NCBI RefSeq assembly: GCF_009834535.1
Contig: NC_045696.1
Coordinates: forward strand, 99,016,001-99,080,000
DNA from: Camelus ferus
Taxonomy: Eukaryota
Reading direction: 5' to 3'
DNA: 64,000 nt
Position numbers and translations under genes: made by a program. Shown one piece after another: positions 1-13,860 of this stretch. The notes beneath the pieces were generated by a model that was not told where the DNA came from, did no database searches, and worked only from the letters and a program-made list of their open reading frames with translations. The stretch's first letter is position 1, and each line of letters opens with the position of its first letter.

Positions 1-480
1 AAAGCCTAGTGTATGAAGCTACTGTCTTGATGTGTAATCCTATTTCGCATTTGCTTTCTCTTAGTGACTTCTGTAACATATCTAATCTCTACACATACAT
101 GCTCCCAGGCAGAGGGATGCATAACTAAAGTTTTATATTTAGAAGAATAAAAATAGTTTATAATTTTCAAATGTTGTCCCTTCTTTTGACGTTATAGCCA
201 ATACCAAATTTTATAAGAATTCACCTCACATTTCCTCAGCTTATTTTTGCTATGTATTTCTTCATCTTCTCCCAACTCTACCTTTTGCTAAAACTACCAA
301 CAAAACACAGAACTAAATACTGTGCTTCCTTCAAAGTCATGCACACATTTGACATGTCAACTCTGGTGGTAAAATGACAGCATTAAAGCAATATAAAAAG
401 AGGTGATAAAGTAATTGAAATTGAATTACAGGCTTCCCAGTTAATAAATTATATTTTATTATTACTATTATTAGTAGTAT

Positions 481-1011
481 TGAGACAGGAGGGAAGGGGG
501 CAGGTCACAAACATTAAAGGAATGAGAGAGCAATTAGTACCAAGATGGCAGAAGAGTCAACTCCCAGTAGACCTTGAGGCCCCAGATGGCAGGACCTTGA
601 GCCACATTACACACATTGTAATGTGTTAGCGTGGTGAATGACACACCCACAGTCACCATGACAGTTCCAAGGCTAAACACAATAGGTCAAAAGTGGATGG
701 TGGTCCAATTCCTGGGAATCCCCACCCCTTCCCCAAAGTAGTTAGAATAATCCTCTCACTTGTTAGCATATACAGATTCACAACACCATGACTCTCAGCT
801 CTGTTTTCTCTCTCTGGCCATTCTCTGATGGCCTGCATTCTGTCTATGGAGTGAACACCTCTCTAAATCTACTTTTACTCAACTATGGCTCGCTCTTGAA
901 TTCTTTCCTGTGCAAAGCCAAGGACCCTCACTTGGCGGGGTGCATCCCAGGGACTTGCCTGGGACCTGGGACATGGCCATCCTCTGGCACCTCCCATACT
1001 TTTCAGTGTCA
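481..1011 (+). mobile_element. ERV1-class solo LTR (MER41-like family), copy 1
   Basis: TG...CA termini (tgagacagga...tttcagtgtca), flanked by 4-bp TSD GTAT at 477-480 and 1012-1015; homologous to the copies at 1016-1502 and 48387-48902. Confidence 0.9.
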
Positions 1012-1015
1012 GTAT

Positions 1016-1502
1016 TGTTACCAGAGAGTAAGTTCTTTCTTGTTCAGGGAAGATTTCAAGAGTAAGCCACAGTAAAGTGAAAGCAAGTTTATTTAGAGAG
1101 ATACACATTCCATAGACAGAAGGCAGTCCCTCTCCGAAGCGAGAGCAGCTCCAGGGTACAGGACTAATTAGTTTTTATGGGCTGGCTAATTTCATACGCT
1201 AACAAGTGGGAGGATTGCTCCTACTGTTTGGGTGAAGGGGCAGGGATTTCCAGGAACTGGGCCCCTGTCCATTTTGGGGCCTTTTATGGTCAGCCTGGGA
1301 ACAGTCAAGGTGCCTGTGAGTGTGTGTGTGTCATTTAGCATGCTAATGTATTACAATGAGCCCATAATGAGGCTCAACGTCTCTTGGAAGTCAGGTCTTC
1401 TGCCATCTTGGGCCGAGTTGGTTCTAACCAGTTTATATCATATCCTCAGTGGCTACAGCATTCTTTTAGTGGTTGTGCCCTGCCCCCTTCCCTCCTGTCT
1501 CA
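1016..1502 (-). mobile_element. ERV1-class solo LTR (same family, different 3'/U5 end), copy 2, inverted
   Basis: tgtta...cctgtctca termini; its reverse-complemented end matches the first 30 nt of copy 1 at 29/30; flanked by GTAT at 1012-1015 and 1503-1506. Confidence 0.9.
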
Positions 1503-4500
1503 GTATTATGGATGTTTATAACAAACAAAGTAATATTGAATAACCAGGACTATAAGACTCTGTCCAAATTGACCCAAATTGATCAGAAACATCACAATTG
1601 ATATTTTAAAAATGCCTAAAAGTACCATTTTCTGGACAACTCCAAAAACATCAGTGTCAGTTTTGTAAGATAGCACATTCATATACTGAAAAACATTACA
1701 ACTGCTAAGATAATTAGTTTTATTTTGAAATATTTTATTTCTACCTTCGCCTCAGTTTCTCTGTCATAATTACATTATTAATATTTTTTCATTGTCTGTG
1801 ATTAGTTTTGGCATTTCTATTCCATGATAGAGCAACGGTCTATCACCATACTGTACCATCACATGGCTATTTAATCAAATAGTGTGTTTCAGTCATTGAT
1901 ATTTGAAGTAAGAAGGATTTAGTCTGGAGTGATGTATCATTGTCAGTGAAGGATGAAGGACAGACAGCAAGTCATTCTAAAGGGGAAATCAAAGCTATTT
2001 TGATGACTAACTGGTTATGGAGAGGAAATAAACACAAATCAGAAATTTTGCTGATGTTTCAAAGCATGGTGGATAGGAGCACACAGAAAACAGGAACAAG
2101 TATTAGGTATTTTGTTCCAAGTTTCCTAGCAAATTTATGATTAGGTGCTGGAGTCCTGATTTGAAGTCTAAGGAATGAACATACTTTCCATCACTCTCTA
2201 AAATTCAAGATGACCTTTAAGTAATTAAAATGTATTTATCAGCATTGCTTGTGAAATTACTCCTATTTGTTTTACTCCCAAACTAGTCTCTTCCCTGCAT
2301 CTTGAGAGAAAGCCATATCCACTTCTCCATTTAATCTGTAGAAGGGAAAAGTTTGTGGGCCCTGTGAAATGAAACATTCATTGTTGATTCCAATGCCATT
2401 AAGATCTAAGGTAATTTTAACCCCAGAAATAAACAGAATTTGAGGTACGTCTTGAAGTAAAAGTGTGAAGGGACCACAGGCCCAGAAGTGAGGTTAAAAT
2501 ACAGAAACAAATTTTAAAATTCTACATTTAAAAAATTTTCACAATAAATACATGCACCTGTAGTGGGAAGGAAGAAAATTATCATTTCAGGAGATTCAAA
2601 ACTCTTCTCCAACTAATGTTGGCCTCTACTAACATTGTGACCTGGTTACTTAAGGCCAATTTAACATACCATTAGAAATAGAACTAACATGTCACTTAAA
2701 TGGGTCACTTTTGGCCAGAGGATGACAGGTTCTTTCTTCTCCAATGTATGTTTTCCAAAAAGCAATGAGTTTCCTGTCATTTCTCTTATGATGTCAGTAA
2801 TTATTTTCAGTGTCTACGCCTCTACTGATATAGGGATATCATTTCCAGATGTGATAGCTATGTGACTTTGGAAATGTTGAATGCAATGAAAGCAAGATAT
2901 GCAAATAGAATCATCTTGTGGACAACATAAGGCAAGGATTGGTGCCAGGGTGGCTAGTACGGGGCTGGAGATCAACTAATGAAGGGGATGAACTATTCAC
3001 AGGGCTGGAAAGCAAGTTCTTGGAAGGGAGAGACAGCTCCTCCTTTCTGCTCTTACTCTTCTTTCTTACAGGTCTGTACTAGAATGACTCGAGCAGCTCC
3101 TAAATTACAGAGGTGCCAAGACATTGTTACTCTGTTTGGGAAAGTGTGCATCATCCCAAAGCCAGCAGCTCACTTAAGCTCTTCCTTGGTCTCCCCAAAT
3201 TCTTATCTCATGGCTACATTGATTCATCAATAATGCTGACCTCAGGGAACAGACAGACATCTGTATTATGGGCTAACACTATTTATTATATTGGATTGCT
3301 TGAGTATGCAGTAAGGATTTAGAAAATACGTGTTTTCTAAATATGTACATATGTTAATCTCTCAAATATTTAAAAATAAACTCATGCTGAGATTCTACTC
3401 CATGTATAGTTGCAACTATGGTGCACTTTGCTGCCACCATTAATTACTGCTATTTTAATTTTCCAGTGAAGTCTGTAGAATATGTTCATACCACGTGGAG
3501 GTAGAACTTTAAAAAAAAGAGAGTGTATTGTTTCCTTTATACTAAAAAGTAATATATATTTATTGCAGAAAAATGTACATAGAGAAAAACACAAAGTTGA
3601 AGAACACAAACTCCCAAAATATCTTTATGGCCATTATCTAATTTTATCCCTACAGTATCCTTAGGAATAAAGCCAAAATAAGGGTTATTGTGCACTAGCT
3701 GTTGTAGAAAATGAACCAGTGAAGAAAGTTGTCTTCAGTTCATGGCAGATCTATGGCTATTCCTGGTCCTGTCAAATCCCCAGGCCAGAACTCTCTCTGT
3801 GCCATTCTGTGAGCCACGGGGAGTGGGAAGGGAGCAAGCAGTGCCCAGGAGCTGGAGACAAACACAGACAGGCAAACACATTCGCGTGACCGGTCCTGAG
3901 CTAGGGGAGGTCAGCCCGGCCCGTGTCTGGATATTCTCCAGCTATATCTTCAATGACAGGTTTCTCAGCACTATTAGAAGCCGCTTGAGAAGCTGAATCA
4001 GTCTGTGACCATGCAGGCTGACACCTCGGGCTGAGTGATTCTTGGCACTAATTTAGATAGAAACCTCTGAATTCAGGAAGTGTGAGGAGGGAGAGTGTTC
4101 AGACCTTCCCTGTCCCCTTCTCACACCTTAAGAGTCTGCACTATGCTGCAGTCCAGAGAAGGAATCAGGAGCCCATTCGGATTAGCATGACTCATTCGCT
4201 TATCAGATGAGTGTGTGGTCCAGTTTGCACCACGGACAAGGGCTGGTGTCTCCATGTTAGTGTATAAATACATCCATCCTCCATTTGCTTGCTATCCAGA
4301 GCTACTCTAGGCAAATCCGCTTAATAAATGGATTTGTAAAGTGCTTGGGAATTCTTACATGGTTGATCATCCACATAAAAGGGTTTCCTAATAACAAACA
4401 GCTAATGGCAAATGAGAATGTGCGATGCTACTTGACGTCTATATGAGTAACAGATTTTAGACTGTTTCCCTGCTGATCGAATACTTGTCTTTAAAGCCTA

Positions 4501-5818
4501 TATTTTAAGTTCAACTATTTATACCATATGGTTTAGGGAGGATTAGCCCTCTGTGGTCCGGAACAATATTGAAAGTACCATTATTTATATGTAAAGTATA
4601 TTTATGAAAGGAAAACATTTATATTAAATATTCTCAGTGGCAAACAACATGAAAGTGAATGGCTGTATTCAGAACAGTAGGAAATAGAGACAAATAGAAC
4701 AGATAAAGGAAACTATTTCATGAAATGGGCCAAGAGCATGTGGAATACATTAACAGAAACAAGCTAGGTAACACACACCACATGTTCACGAGCCAATATG
4801 TTCAGCAGGCTCCTAACAGCTTTCGGGCAAAGCGCATGGCGTGGACTTTGCAGAGCTGGAGACACACGGGGCAGATGTGACATACTTGTTAAGCAGGACT
4901 AGATGATGAAACTACGAAATCTGTTAAAGTCACATTTCCAAAAACTGGAAAAATGTCATGGGTGAACTGTTCGTCTTATTTTTTCTTATATTGCAAATAA
5001 AGTAGTAACACTACATTTCAAGGAAAAAAAAGACAAACCACTTCATATTAAGTCTTTCATACACACATGTATTTATGTATTCACTATTTCCTCACCCTCA
5101 CTCTCAGCGAAAACACACACATACTTACACATATGCATGTATGCAGCTTAGCCCTGAATAGCATTATTACAAATGAACTACCTCCGAGATATTTGCTGTC
5201 TTTGGGGACAATCACACATGATGAACATCAGCTGACCCCAGTCCTTACACACATGACCACGTTTTAAATTGACTGCCCTCAGAACAGCTTGTAGAAAAGT
5301 AAGGGCAACAAAAAGTCAGGGGCCTCTGATGACGCCACTGTGCAAGGAAAGGGCATAAAAGAAAAAGGAATTCCTGAAAGCAGTTAGTTCATTTCAAAGC
5401 CAGAATGTGACCATAGATGAGGCCTCTTTTAATGACCAGAAAACCAGAAAATTAAAATTATCATATTGATAGGGTTTTATTTTGTCACAGAAAGAAATAG
5501 AGAATCTTGATGAATTACTCAAGTAAAAATGGGTAATTCAAGGAAATAGAATGCAAAATTATTCCTCAGAAAGATCACTGCCCCTCTTTTAACAGATCAT
5601 GGGAAATTCTAGTCCATTTTCTGAGAAATACTGAGTTTTGATGAGTACTACTTCTGACACCTAGCTTACACCTATCAAATTACCAAAAGTATTGGTAAGT
5701 GGTAATACCCACCATAGATGAAAGGATGCAGAAATAGGAACTCATGTATTGCTGGAGGGAGAGCAAGTTGTTAGAATATTTGTGAAGGACATTTTTTAAA
5801 AAATTAAAAGCCTTTTGA

Positions 5819-6054
5819 GATGGAGGGATACATTGGGAGTTTGGGGTTTGCAGATACTACTTCATATAAAATAAACAGCAAGGTCCTACTGTTAAGCACA
5901 GAGAACTATATTCAATATCTTGAAATGAAAAAGAATATGAAAAGGAATATATATCTATATATGTATAACTGAATCCCTATGCTGTACACCAGAAATGAAC
6001 ACACTGTAAACTGACTGTACTTCAGTTTAAATTTTTAGTTAATTAATTAATTTC
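5819..6054 (+). mobile_element. 5'-truncated L1 3' end (cetartiodactyl type) inserted in an older L1M fragment (~5680-6120)
   Basis: Typical L1 3'UTR (gggagtttggggtttgcagatac...tgctgtacaccagaaatgaacacactgtaaactgactgtacttca) with AT-rich tail; degenerate TSD aaaagccttttga (5806-5818) / aaaagacctttga (6055-6067). Confidence 0.8.
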
Positions 6055-8023
6055 AAAAGACCTTTGATTTGTAAAATACACTGTGATTCAGCAACTATAT
6101 TCTAGAATGTATCCTAAACAGCAATTGGTGTTGCTTATAATGAAAGAAAGAAACAAAAAGAAAGAAAGAAAAAGAGAGATGCAAGAAGGAAAAGAAGGAG
6201 GGGGAAGGTGGGAAAGCAGGGAAAGGCAGGGGAGAAAAATTTTAAAAGCCTAAACACCCCAAATTCAGAAATTAACTTCTTTTGAATTAAGAGATAAACA
6301 ATGAAGGTTATTGATTTTACATAAGAATTAAATTTTTTTACTGAGAAAGTCCCCAGCATTGCATTAGGCATTTATCCATCTGCTGACTAGTTACCTCTCT
6401 GATTTCTGGAGGCTTTAGACAGCTCCTCCCAGCCACATCCTGAACACTGTCTCTATCAAACCTCACCAACCAGTGAGTGCCCTTATCTCTTCCGGCTGAG
6501 ATCTAGCCCAGCCCAATCCTCACTGCCAAAACCACAGTGACCAACTCGATTTCCAGCTCCCCTGATGGTCAGTCCTGGAGCACACACCTACTAACTCTTC
6601 AATTTCCTGTCTACTTCCTGCCCATCATCCCAGTGTACATATCTCATCTCTTGTGAGGGATTTCCTGAATCTGTTTTAAGAGAAAGGACACGCCAAAAAA
6701 TATCCATTCCCTTAAAACACAAGAACAACCACAGGACGATGGTCTTGACGATTTGGAGAGGAGTTACCCAGGGAGACTAAGAGAAAAAATAATCAGTGGT
6801 TTAGAGCATAAAGATGGACATTACATATAGACATCTCAGTTCAATGCTGACTGTGGGATTTTATTCAGCAACCCAAACAAATCTCCAGAGAGAGATCAAG
6901 CATTCCGGACTGCCTTCTAGGTTATTGTGACACTTTTCCCACCACTGACTTATCTCCCAAGACCTTGGAAGGAGACACATATAATCTATCAAACTCTTTC
7001 CAACAGCCACAAATTTCTTTGGTAGTAAAGTCCCTCAATATGGAAAAACACATCAGTGCATACATATTTCATCATAACAATAATAGTCTGGCGTCAAGGA
7101 ATTCTCCCCTTGTACCAGGTTATTACCTTTGAAAACTGGGTTGGTTGGGTTGCCATCATTTGGCTATCATGTAAGAGATCTAATTTCAGCAACTCAGAGA
7201 CCAATCCCTAGGCAGAATAAATTCAGTGAATTCTTAGGTTCAATAAGTAAGTTCATTATTGTTCTACTTATGTTTATTCCAAATATAGGCACATGGAACG
7301 TGTATTAGCAACATATATTCAGTTTTACAAAGTATTTTATAAATTACTTTGTGTGCAGCAAACATATTTTTAAACACAGGCATATTTCACTATTATATAA
7401 CGTTAATTACCAGGCAACGTCAGCTTCACAAAAACTGAGAGGAGGCAGCTACCTGCACGTGGTAATTTAAGGACACCTTAAATAACATTGATGAAAACAT
7501 GGTACAGTCACCACTAGCCTGCTACCATGCCTGAATTTGCTATGATCAGCCTCATACAAGAGGATTACGAAGAAACAGGTATTTCACTGTCTGTAAATGG
7601 TCATCTATCAGGTGGCTAGTACTGTAGCATGAATTACTTAAACTCAGTACAACCCACTGTGATTTAGCAGAGAAAGTGCCAAGAGAAAAGTATAAATACT
7701 AGTTGGGAGACAGATGAAGATTAATAGGAGATAAGAAATGCCCAGCAGACAGACTGACATTCAGCACAGCTACTGCAAGGGACCCAACCAGGGTTTGGTG
7801 ACAGAGCACGAGGACCCTAACTGGTGCCATAAAAGGCTGTGTTATCAGGTTGATACATTCAGGAGAAGCGGAGCACCTGCTATCTAAGAGAGACCATTTC
7901 ATCTAAACCTAGTACTGATTCTAACATAGCACATATGTAGACTTTGACACTGGGCATTCTAATTCAAATCATTTTCTCTGATATTCCAATGTTGAAGAAA
8001 AGCGAAAATTAAAATTGGATGCT

Positions 8024-8025
<2 letters not shown>

Positions 8026-8056
<31 letters not shown>
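8026..8056. repeat. (TG)n microsatellite
   Basis: Perfect TG run. Confidence 0.95.
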
Positions 8057-8057
<1 letters not shown>

Positions 8058-9899
8058 TTGTATACCGTAATTTGGAGTGATGGATGGTGAACTTGTTACC
8101 ATAAATCTGATTTAAGTCAGATATTACAAAGGGATTTATTTTTCTTACCATTTCTTTATCCATTTACCTTTTTCTTCACTTTATTTTCAGAAATTCATCA
8201 CATTTTCAGGATAGTAAGTTCTCAACAATTAAAGGATTCAGCGGTTGGTCTTTTGCCTTTGAGCAGAAGAGAAAATGCAGACATACTCTTCCTAAATAAT
8301 CCCTAACTATTCCACGCAAGGTGCTGGCAGATGGACATCCTGAATTTATTGATTACTCCCCAAGCTGTCTGTCTGTTGAATGTACAGTTCTTCAGAATTG
8401 TTTGCATGAACTTCAAAGACTAAATGGCCGTGCTGCAGAGAGGTGTGTGATTACTAAAACAAAGTATTTTTCTCATTCTTTTGTCTCCACTTCCTGCATC
8501 CAATGGCTGAAAAGGGAATCCAATCTTCCCAAAATGACTGTGCACTGTCAAAATGAGACACTAATTTAAATAATAAATAAGCTTCATGCTTACCTTCAGC
8601 TCTATTCCAGGATAAACATTAGCACCTGATCTGGTTTCCAGCATTATTGCCACGATATTTAAGTGTACAGTATAAGATTGCACTTGATTTATTAAAGTAA
8701 TGAATTAGGTTTATTGTAGGTGATTAAATGTATTTTACTTTTTAAAGCACAAGAACTAGAAAAGAAGAGCATTGTTACAATCTGAAAATAACTAGAAAGA
8801 TAAGTTCATTAACTTGCCTACACTTGCGCATCATAAAAACCTTGTTAAAAATTACTCCCTAGCCTGTTGTATTAGCTTCTTTATGAGGTAATTTCTCCAT
8901 ACAGTAATAAGATTTTTCTTTTACTCTCCAGTGCATATTAAACCCACTAATCTTCTTTTATAAACTATAGTTTCAGCCACTTTCTCAATTTACTCACTTT
9001 AAAGATACACTCCTATTAATATTAAAGGTAGCAAATGCAGATACGAACTTTGCAAAACATGCTTTCGGATTTATGGCATAATATTTTAACAGTGCACTGG
9101 AATAGCACAAAAGAGAAAAAGCCGTAAATGTCGAGTAGGTCTCATGACAAACCAAACAATCTTAGTCCCCACAGAATTAATTTCCCACCCCATTCATTAT
9201 GTGAATGAACTGTAGACATATTTTCTGCTGTCAGCAAATAAAAACAGAACAGAAAGACACCGCTCATTGAAAGAAGTAAAATGAAATCACACCGAAGTGA
9301 ATGATCTCACTGATACGGGTTTTTGGTATCCTGGGGAAAGGACAACTGGTCGCCATTTCTACCTGTGGATTGATCTCTAAGGATCAAGATTTTCCTTCTG
9401 TCTCTAAAATCAAATGTCATAGTAGGAGATTAAGAATTAAGTCTTTCAAAGGTTAAATTCTATTTATTTTGGCTCTATCTTTTATTTCTATAATTCTTTG
9501 AAAATATCCAAAATTTTAAACAGTTTGTCATTTAACAGTGGCATAAGTAATTAAGTTAATACTGGGCTTCAACCATCCTCAAATGTGTAATGTACCTTGG
9601 AAATGTTAAATTAAGTCAAAGTGTTACAGAGATCTATTTTAAAAGAGAATACAGAAACAGTTGCCGTGACGTTTTTTCTTCCAATTGAATTTAAAGTGAA
9701 AAATAAGAATTTCCCTATTGTTCTGTGGTTGGACACATTTTGTTCACTGCATAACAAAGATGTAAAATTTTTCAGTTTGTATGCTGAAATGGAAAAAGAG
9801 ATTTGAAATATATGAGAAAGATAAAATTACTAATATATAAAGGTTATTGCAAATAAACAAAAAGTAGAGAAACACCTTTGTGGAAAAAAGGAGCTAGTT

Positions 9900-10600
9900 G
9901 TACACCTGAAACTAAAGTACATCAACTACACTTCAAGAAACTATACAAAAGAAGCATTATAATACACTAAGAAATTTGTGGTTAAAAAGAAGTTTAACCT
10001 CTCCACTAGTTAAAAATAAGAATTAGAAATTTTAATGGGAAATGTCATTTGTTTCCAAAGTCAGATGGATAAAAGATTAAAAATAATGGAAATGACTGCT
10101 ATTGTCCAGAGTTTAGGAAAATAAAACTGTCCTATATGGCTTATGACTGCATAAGTAAAATCTTTGGAGCAACTTTTACCAATGTGTAAAAACAATTTAA
10201 ACATGCATAATATTGACTCAACATGCCTAAGGATGTACACAGATATATATAGAAGACAATGGTTGGAGACACGAAAGTTGGTAACAGTATAATGCTCATC
10301 GATACATTTGTAATTATGATACATTTAAAAATACGGAAACTATTCAGCCATTATTTTGTTGAAATTGAAAATATATCCATGGTATATTGAGTAGAAAACA
10401 CAAACAGCACACATTGTACAGTGTGTTTTACTTTAAAAGTACAAATATAGAGACATTGTGTTCATTGGGAAGAAAAGAATATACTCTAAGTTCCTAGCAA
10501 TAGCTATTGCTGTGAAATAGAGCCATAAGTTTAAATCAGCCCGTGCTGATTTTTGCTAACTTTCTACTGTTCTCTTCTTTCCACCTATTAAGCACATTAA
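9900..10600 (+). mobile_element. Degraded L1 (L1M/L1ME) 3' fragments
   Basis: Short L1 tail (tacacctgaaactaa...aactacacttca) followed by weak L1ME-like ORF2-end/3'UTR sequence. Confidence 0.45.
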
Positions 10601-13109
10601 ATAAATAAATTTTTAGAGGCTAATTTCTATCTTCTGTGGAATATATGACTACTGTCACAAGAAATCTTTAACTTTCGTGACACAGATTATTCAATTAAAT
10701 GCAAATATATATAAAAGACAGAATAATGACATCATAAATTATTATCAGAAATCATACAGGTAAGGTCTCTGACATTTAATAGATAATAAATAATATGTCA
10801 TTAATATTTCAAATGTTAATGCATTTAAGTTAACATATTTATGGTATTTTGATTAAATTAGCACATTAAAATCACAAGTAATTATTTCAACTTTTTTCAA
10901 AATTTTAAATGTATTATTACTGATTAGAATTTATAATGTGTTTTAAGATATTTCTAAGTTTATACACATTAAAAATAACATTTCAGAAGTTAGCAAACTA
11001 TCATTTATTCATTTAAAATTTTAAAAATGGAATAAAATTTAAATAGGCTTTCTCCAAAATTCCTGTGTGTGTATATGTATATTCTTAAAGAAATTATAAA
11101 GCCTTTCTAGGTAGGTCAAATAATTGACTCGTTTGCTGCACTCTATGGATAGGTACTTTATAGTTTCAAAGTTTTAACTTGTTTTAAATGAGAATTTTTA
11201 TCTTTATCTTTACATTTACCTAATAAAGTTTTTATGTTCTCATATTCCTCCTCCTTGCTCTCAACTTTTATTTCTTCTTCGGCCTAATTTGTTGTTCATT
11301 CCTACAGTTACATAAGCCTTCTTCCCTGGTGTATCTTGAGAGAGAGAAGTTTGTGTGGGTGTAACTTTTCTTAGAGTTGCTGTCATCTTTTCTTAGATCA
11401 GGTATGAAATATCTATAGATCTGCATTCTGCTTTAGAATTCCTCTCTCCATTCGTGTATATTATTGTGAATGATTTAATTGTTTTACAGCTTCATTTCCC
11501 TCTGATTTCTTTGTTCAGGCCTTTAAGTCATTTCAGACACTTCTGGTCTTTGCTATACCTTTAACATCGCATTAACTTTCTGCCTGACAAGACTTTTCTT
11601 TATCCCACCATGAACCTCCTTACAAAATTTCTTTGAGATGGTACAATTTTCTCAGAGATGGTACAATCGAGGGTCTATATCTTGTAGGCCCCTCTTCAAC
11701 AAAAGCAGGTCATTTGGTCAAAAATAAACTGAAAGAGAAGCCAGTTCTAGAAGAAGTTAAAGATGGAAATAAGCACACAAAGAAAATCCAGCAGTTGTGC
11801 ATTGAAAGAATTACAGAAACCTTGACCTATAACAGTGAGAATATAAAGCATAAATCACTGGAGAGTTTTAGACCCTTGTTCTATTTCTAGCAACGTGTGC
11901 CTCTCACATAGTAGGTCATCAGTAAGTGTTTGCTGAATGAGTAAGTGATGGACAGTGGGCTGGCTAATCTGATTCAGAGATCTAAACACTGAAAGAAGGA
12001 GTCAATCCTCCTTACATAATTTTTTTCAAGAAAAATCTCACAGTGTTTCATCCGAGTTGCTGTTCTTGTATCTAGCCTTAATAAAAAAAAAAAAAACCCA
12101 TATTTTAATAGTCTCAGGACCCGTTACATTTAGCAGTCATAAGCTGTCTTCACCTGCACCCTTTACGCAGGCTTTATATAAGCCTTTTCTGATTAAAGAA
12201 GGACAGAGCAGGTTGGCATCATTAATATGAGCTGTTCCTCCCTTCTGAGTACATATGTTGCTTCTAATGACAGATGGGAGCATTGGCTGACTACACAGAC
12301 TGCAAAGACTGAGGATTACAGGGCAAAAGGGACACTAAAATAATAAAAGATCAGCTCTGGTATTGTAATCAAGTGTGGAAGGGGTTTCTTCATCCTCGCT
12401 TGCCACTAGCCCCTAGACGAGGCAATTGTGGGGGATTCTGCGGCAAATTTGACCAGTGTACATTATTAGCAGCCTATCAGGGTGGGCTTAGCCTTATTTG
12501 TCTAAGACATTAAAGTTACCCTTTTTAGTTAAGTGTTTTATTCTGGCATTTTGGAAAGATACATGATGCCAAACAGAATATTTATAACAAACCTTTTAAG
12601 GTCTATTCTCATCTATTTTTGCCCTCAAAGGTCATTTCATAAAAGAGATCAAAAGGCAGCTTCTTCCAGGCCAGCTCAGTGGGTGGCCAGAAACCGATTA
12701 AGTACTAACAGAGCCAGGAAGTACAGATCTGTAGGACTGGTTTTACATAGAACCATAATACATTGTCTCGAATACCATGCCACGTGATTACATATATAAA
12801 GGAGTTTAATTATAACTGATATAATGAAAAAGCATTAAAAATGGGCTTCCTGTGAATATGTAAATCCTTTACTGGTGGTAACATGTTTATTCAGTAACTT
12901 TAAAATCTTCAGGAACCTTATCATTTGGTGCTTAAACTCTCCAAAGACACAGATTCTCTCTTTCCAATTGCTAAGAAAGTTCTACTGTTAGGAAAATCTG
13001 AATTTTTGGTCTAGTTTCCAGACCAGCACTAATTAGATACCTAAAAGTTTGGATTTGAAATATGTATTCCCCAAATTGGTTTTTCATATCTTGTTACTTC
13101 TGTAGGTCC

Positions 13110-13860
13110 GTCACTTGGCACTGTTGTGTGCTATCTGTGTGCTAGGTTGGTTGGTACACAAAGACGAAAAGGACATGGTAACCAACTTCAAGGGGGTAAA
13201 ATCCAAAAGGAGAATCACACATATTTAAAAAAGTAAACTCTCTCTTGCAGTATGAAGAATGTCAGAAAGAGGTACTTATCAAGTACAGTGGTGGCTCAGA
13301 GGACATGAGCAACTCTACCAAGAGTGCAGAGAAGGGTTAGATTAAGTTTTAACAAGTAAAACAGCAGTTTACCAAGAGAATGGCAGGGTTTCAGAATGAG
13401 GAAAATGACCAGAAATTTGAAAGGAAGGAAAACAGTCTATGCTCAGGTAAAACAGGGGACAGAAAGAAGTAGGGATACATAGGTTGAGGGTGTGAGAAAG
13501 GGAACAAAGAAGATGGAAATAAACAAATAGAAAAGAGTCAGGTCATAGACAACTCTCACTGTTTATAAAGAGCCATCAAACTATGTGAGACAAGAGATGA
13601 TAAGAGCTTTATTAAAGGAAAATAGCTGGGAACGTATTGGAGAACACTTAGAAATATGAGGCTGAGAGAATAATTATGTTTCAGGATTTCACGGGAGAGG
13701 TGATGAGGATATCAGCTGAGAGCACTGGAAGAGGAAGAAATAGATTTCGAAGGAATGATGGATAAGGAAGCAAAAGGATTTAGCAAGTTTCAAGTTAATC
13801 AATAGTGGTGAGTGTAATCTCTAGGCTGGGGGAGTGCATGGGGTTTAGTGCCAATAGCCA
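13110..13860 (-). mobile_element. L2 LINE fragment
   Basis: Purine-rich sequence resembling the reverse complement of the L2 3' region (gtgctagg...acaaagacgaaaaggacatgg). Confidence 0.55.

Noticed and set aside
11622..11667. 20-bp tandem duplication (gagatggtacaat twice); similar small duplications at ~26362-26390 and ~47804-47830
   Set aside because: Ordinary slippage duplications with two units only; not arrays and not CRISPR-like
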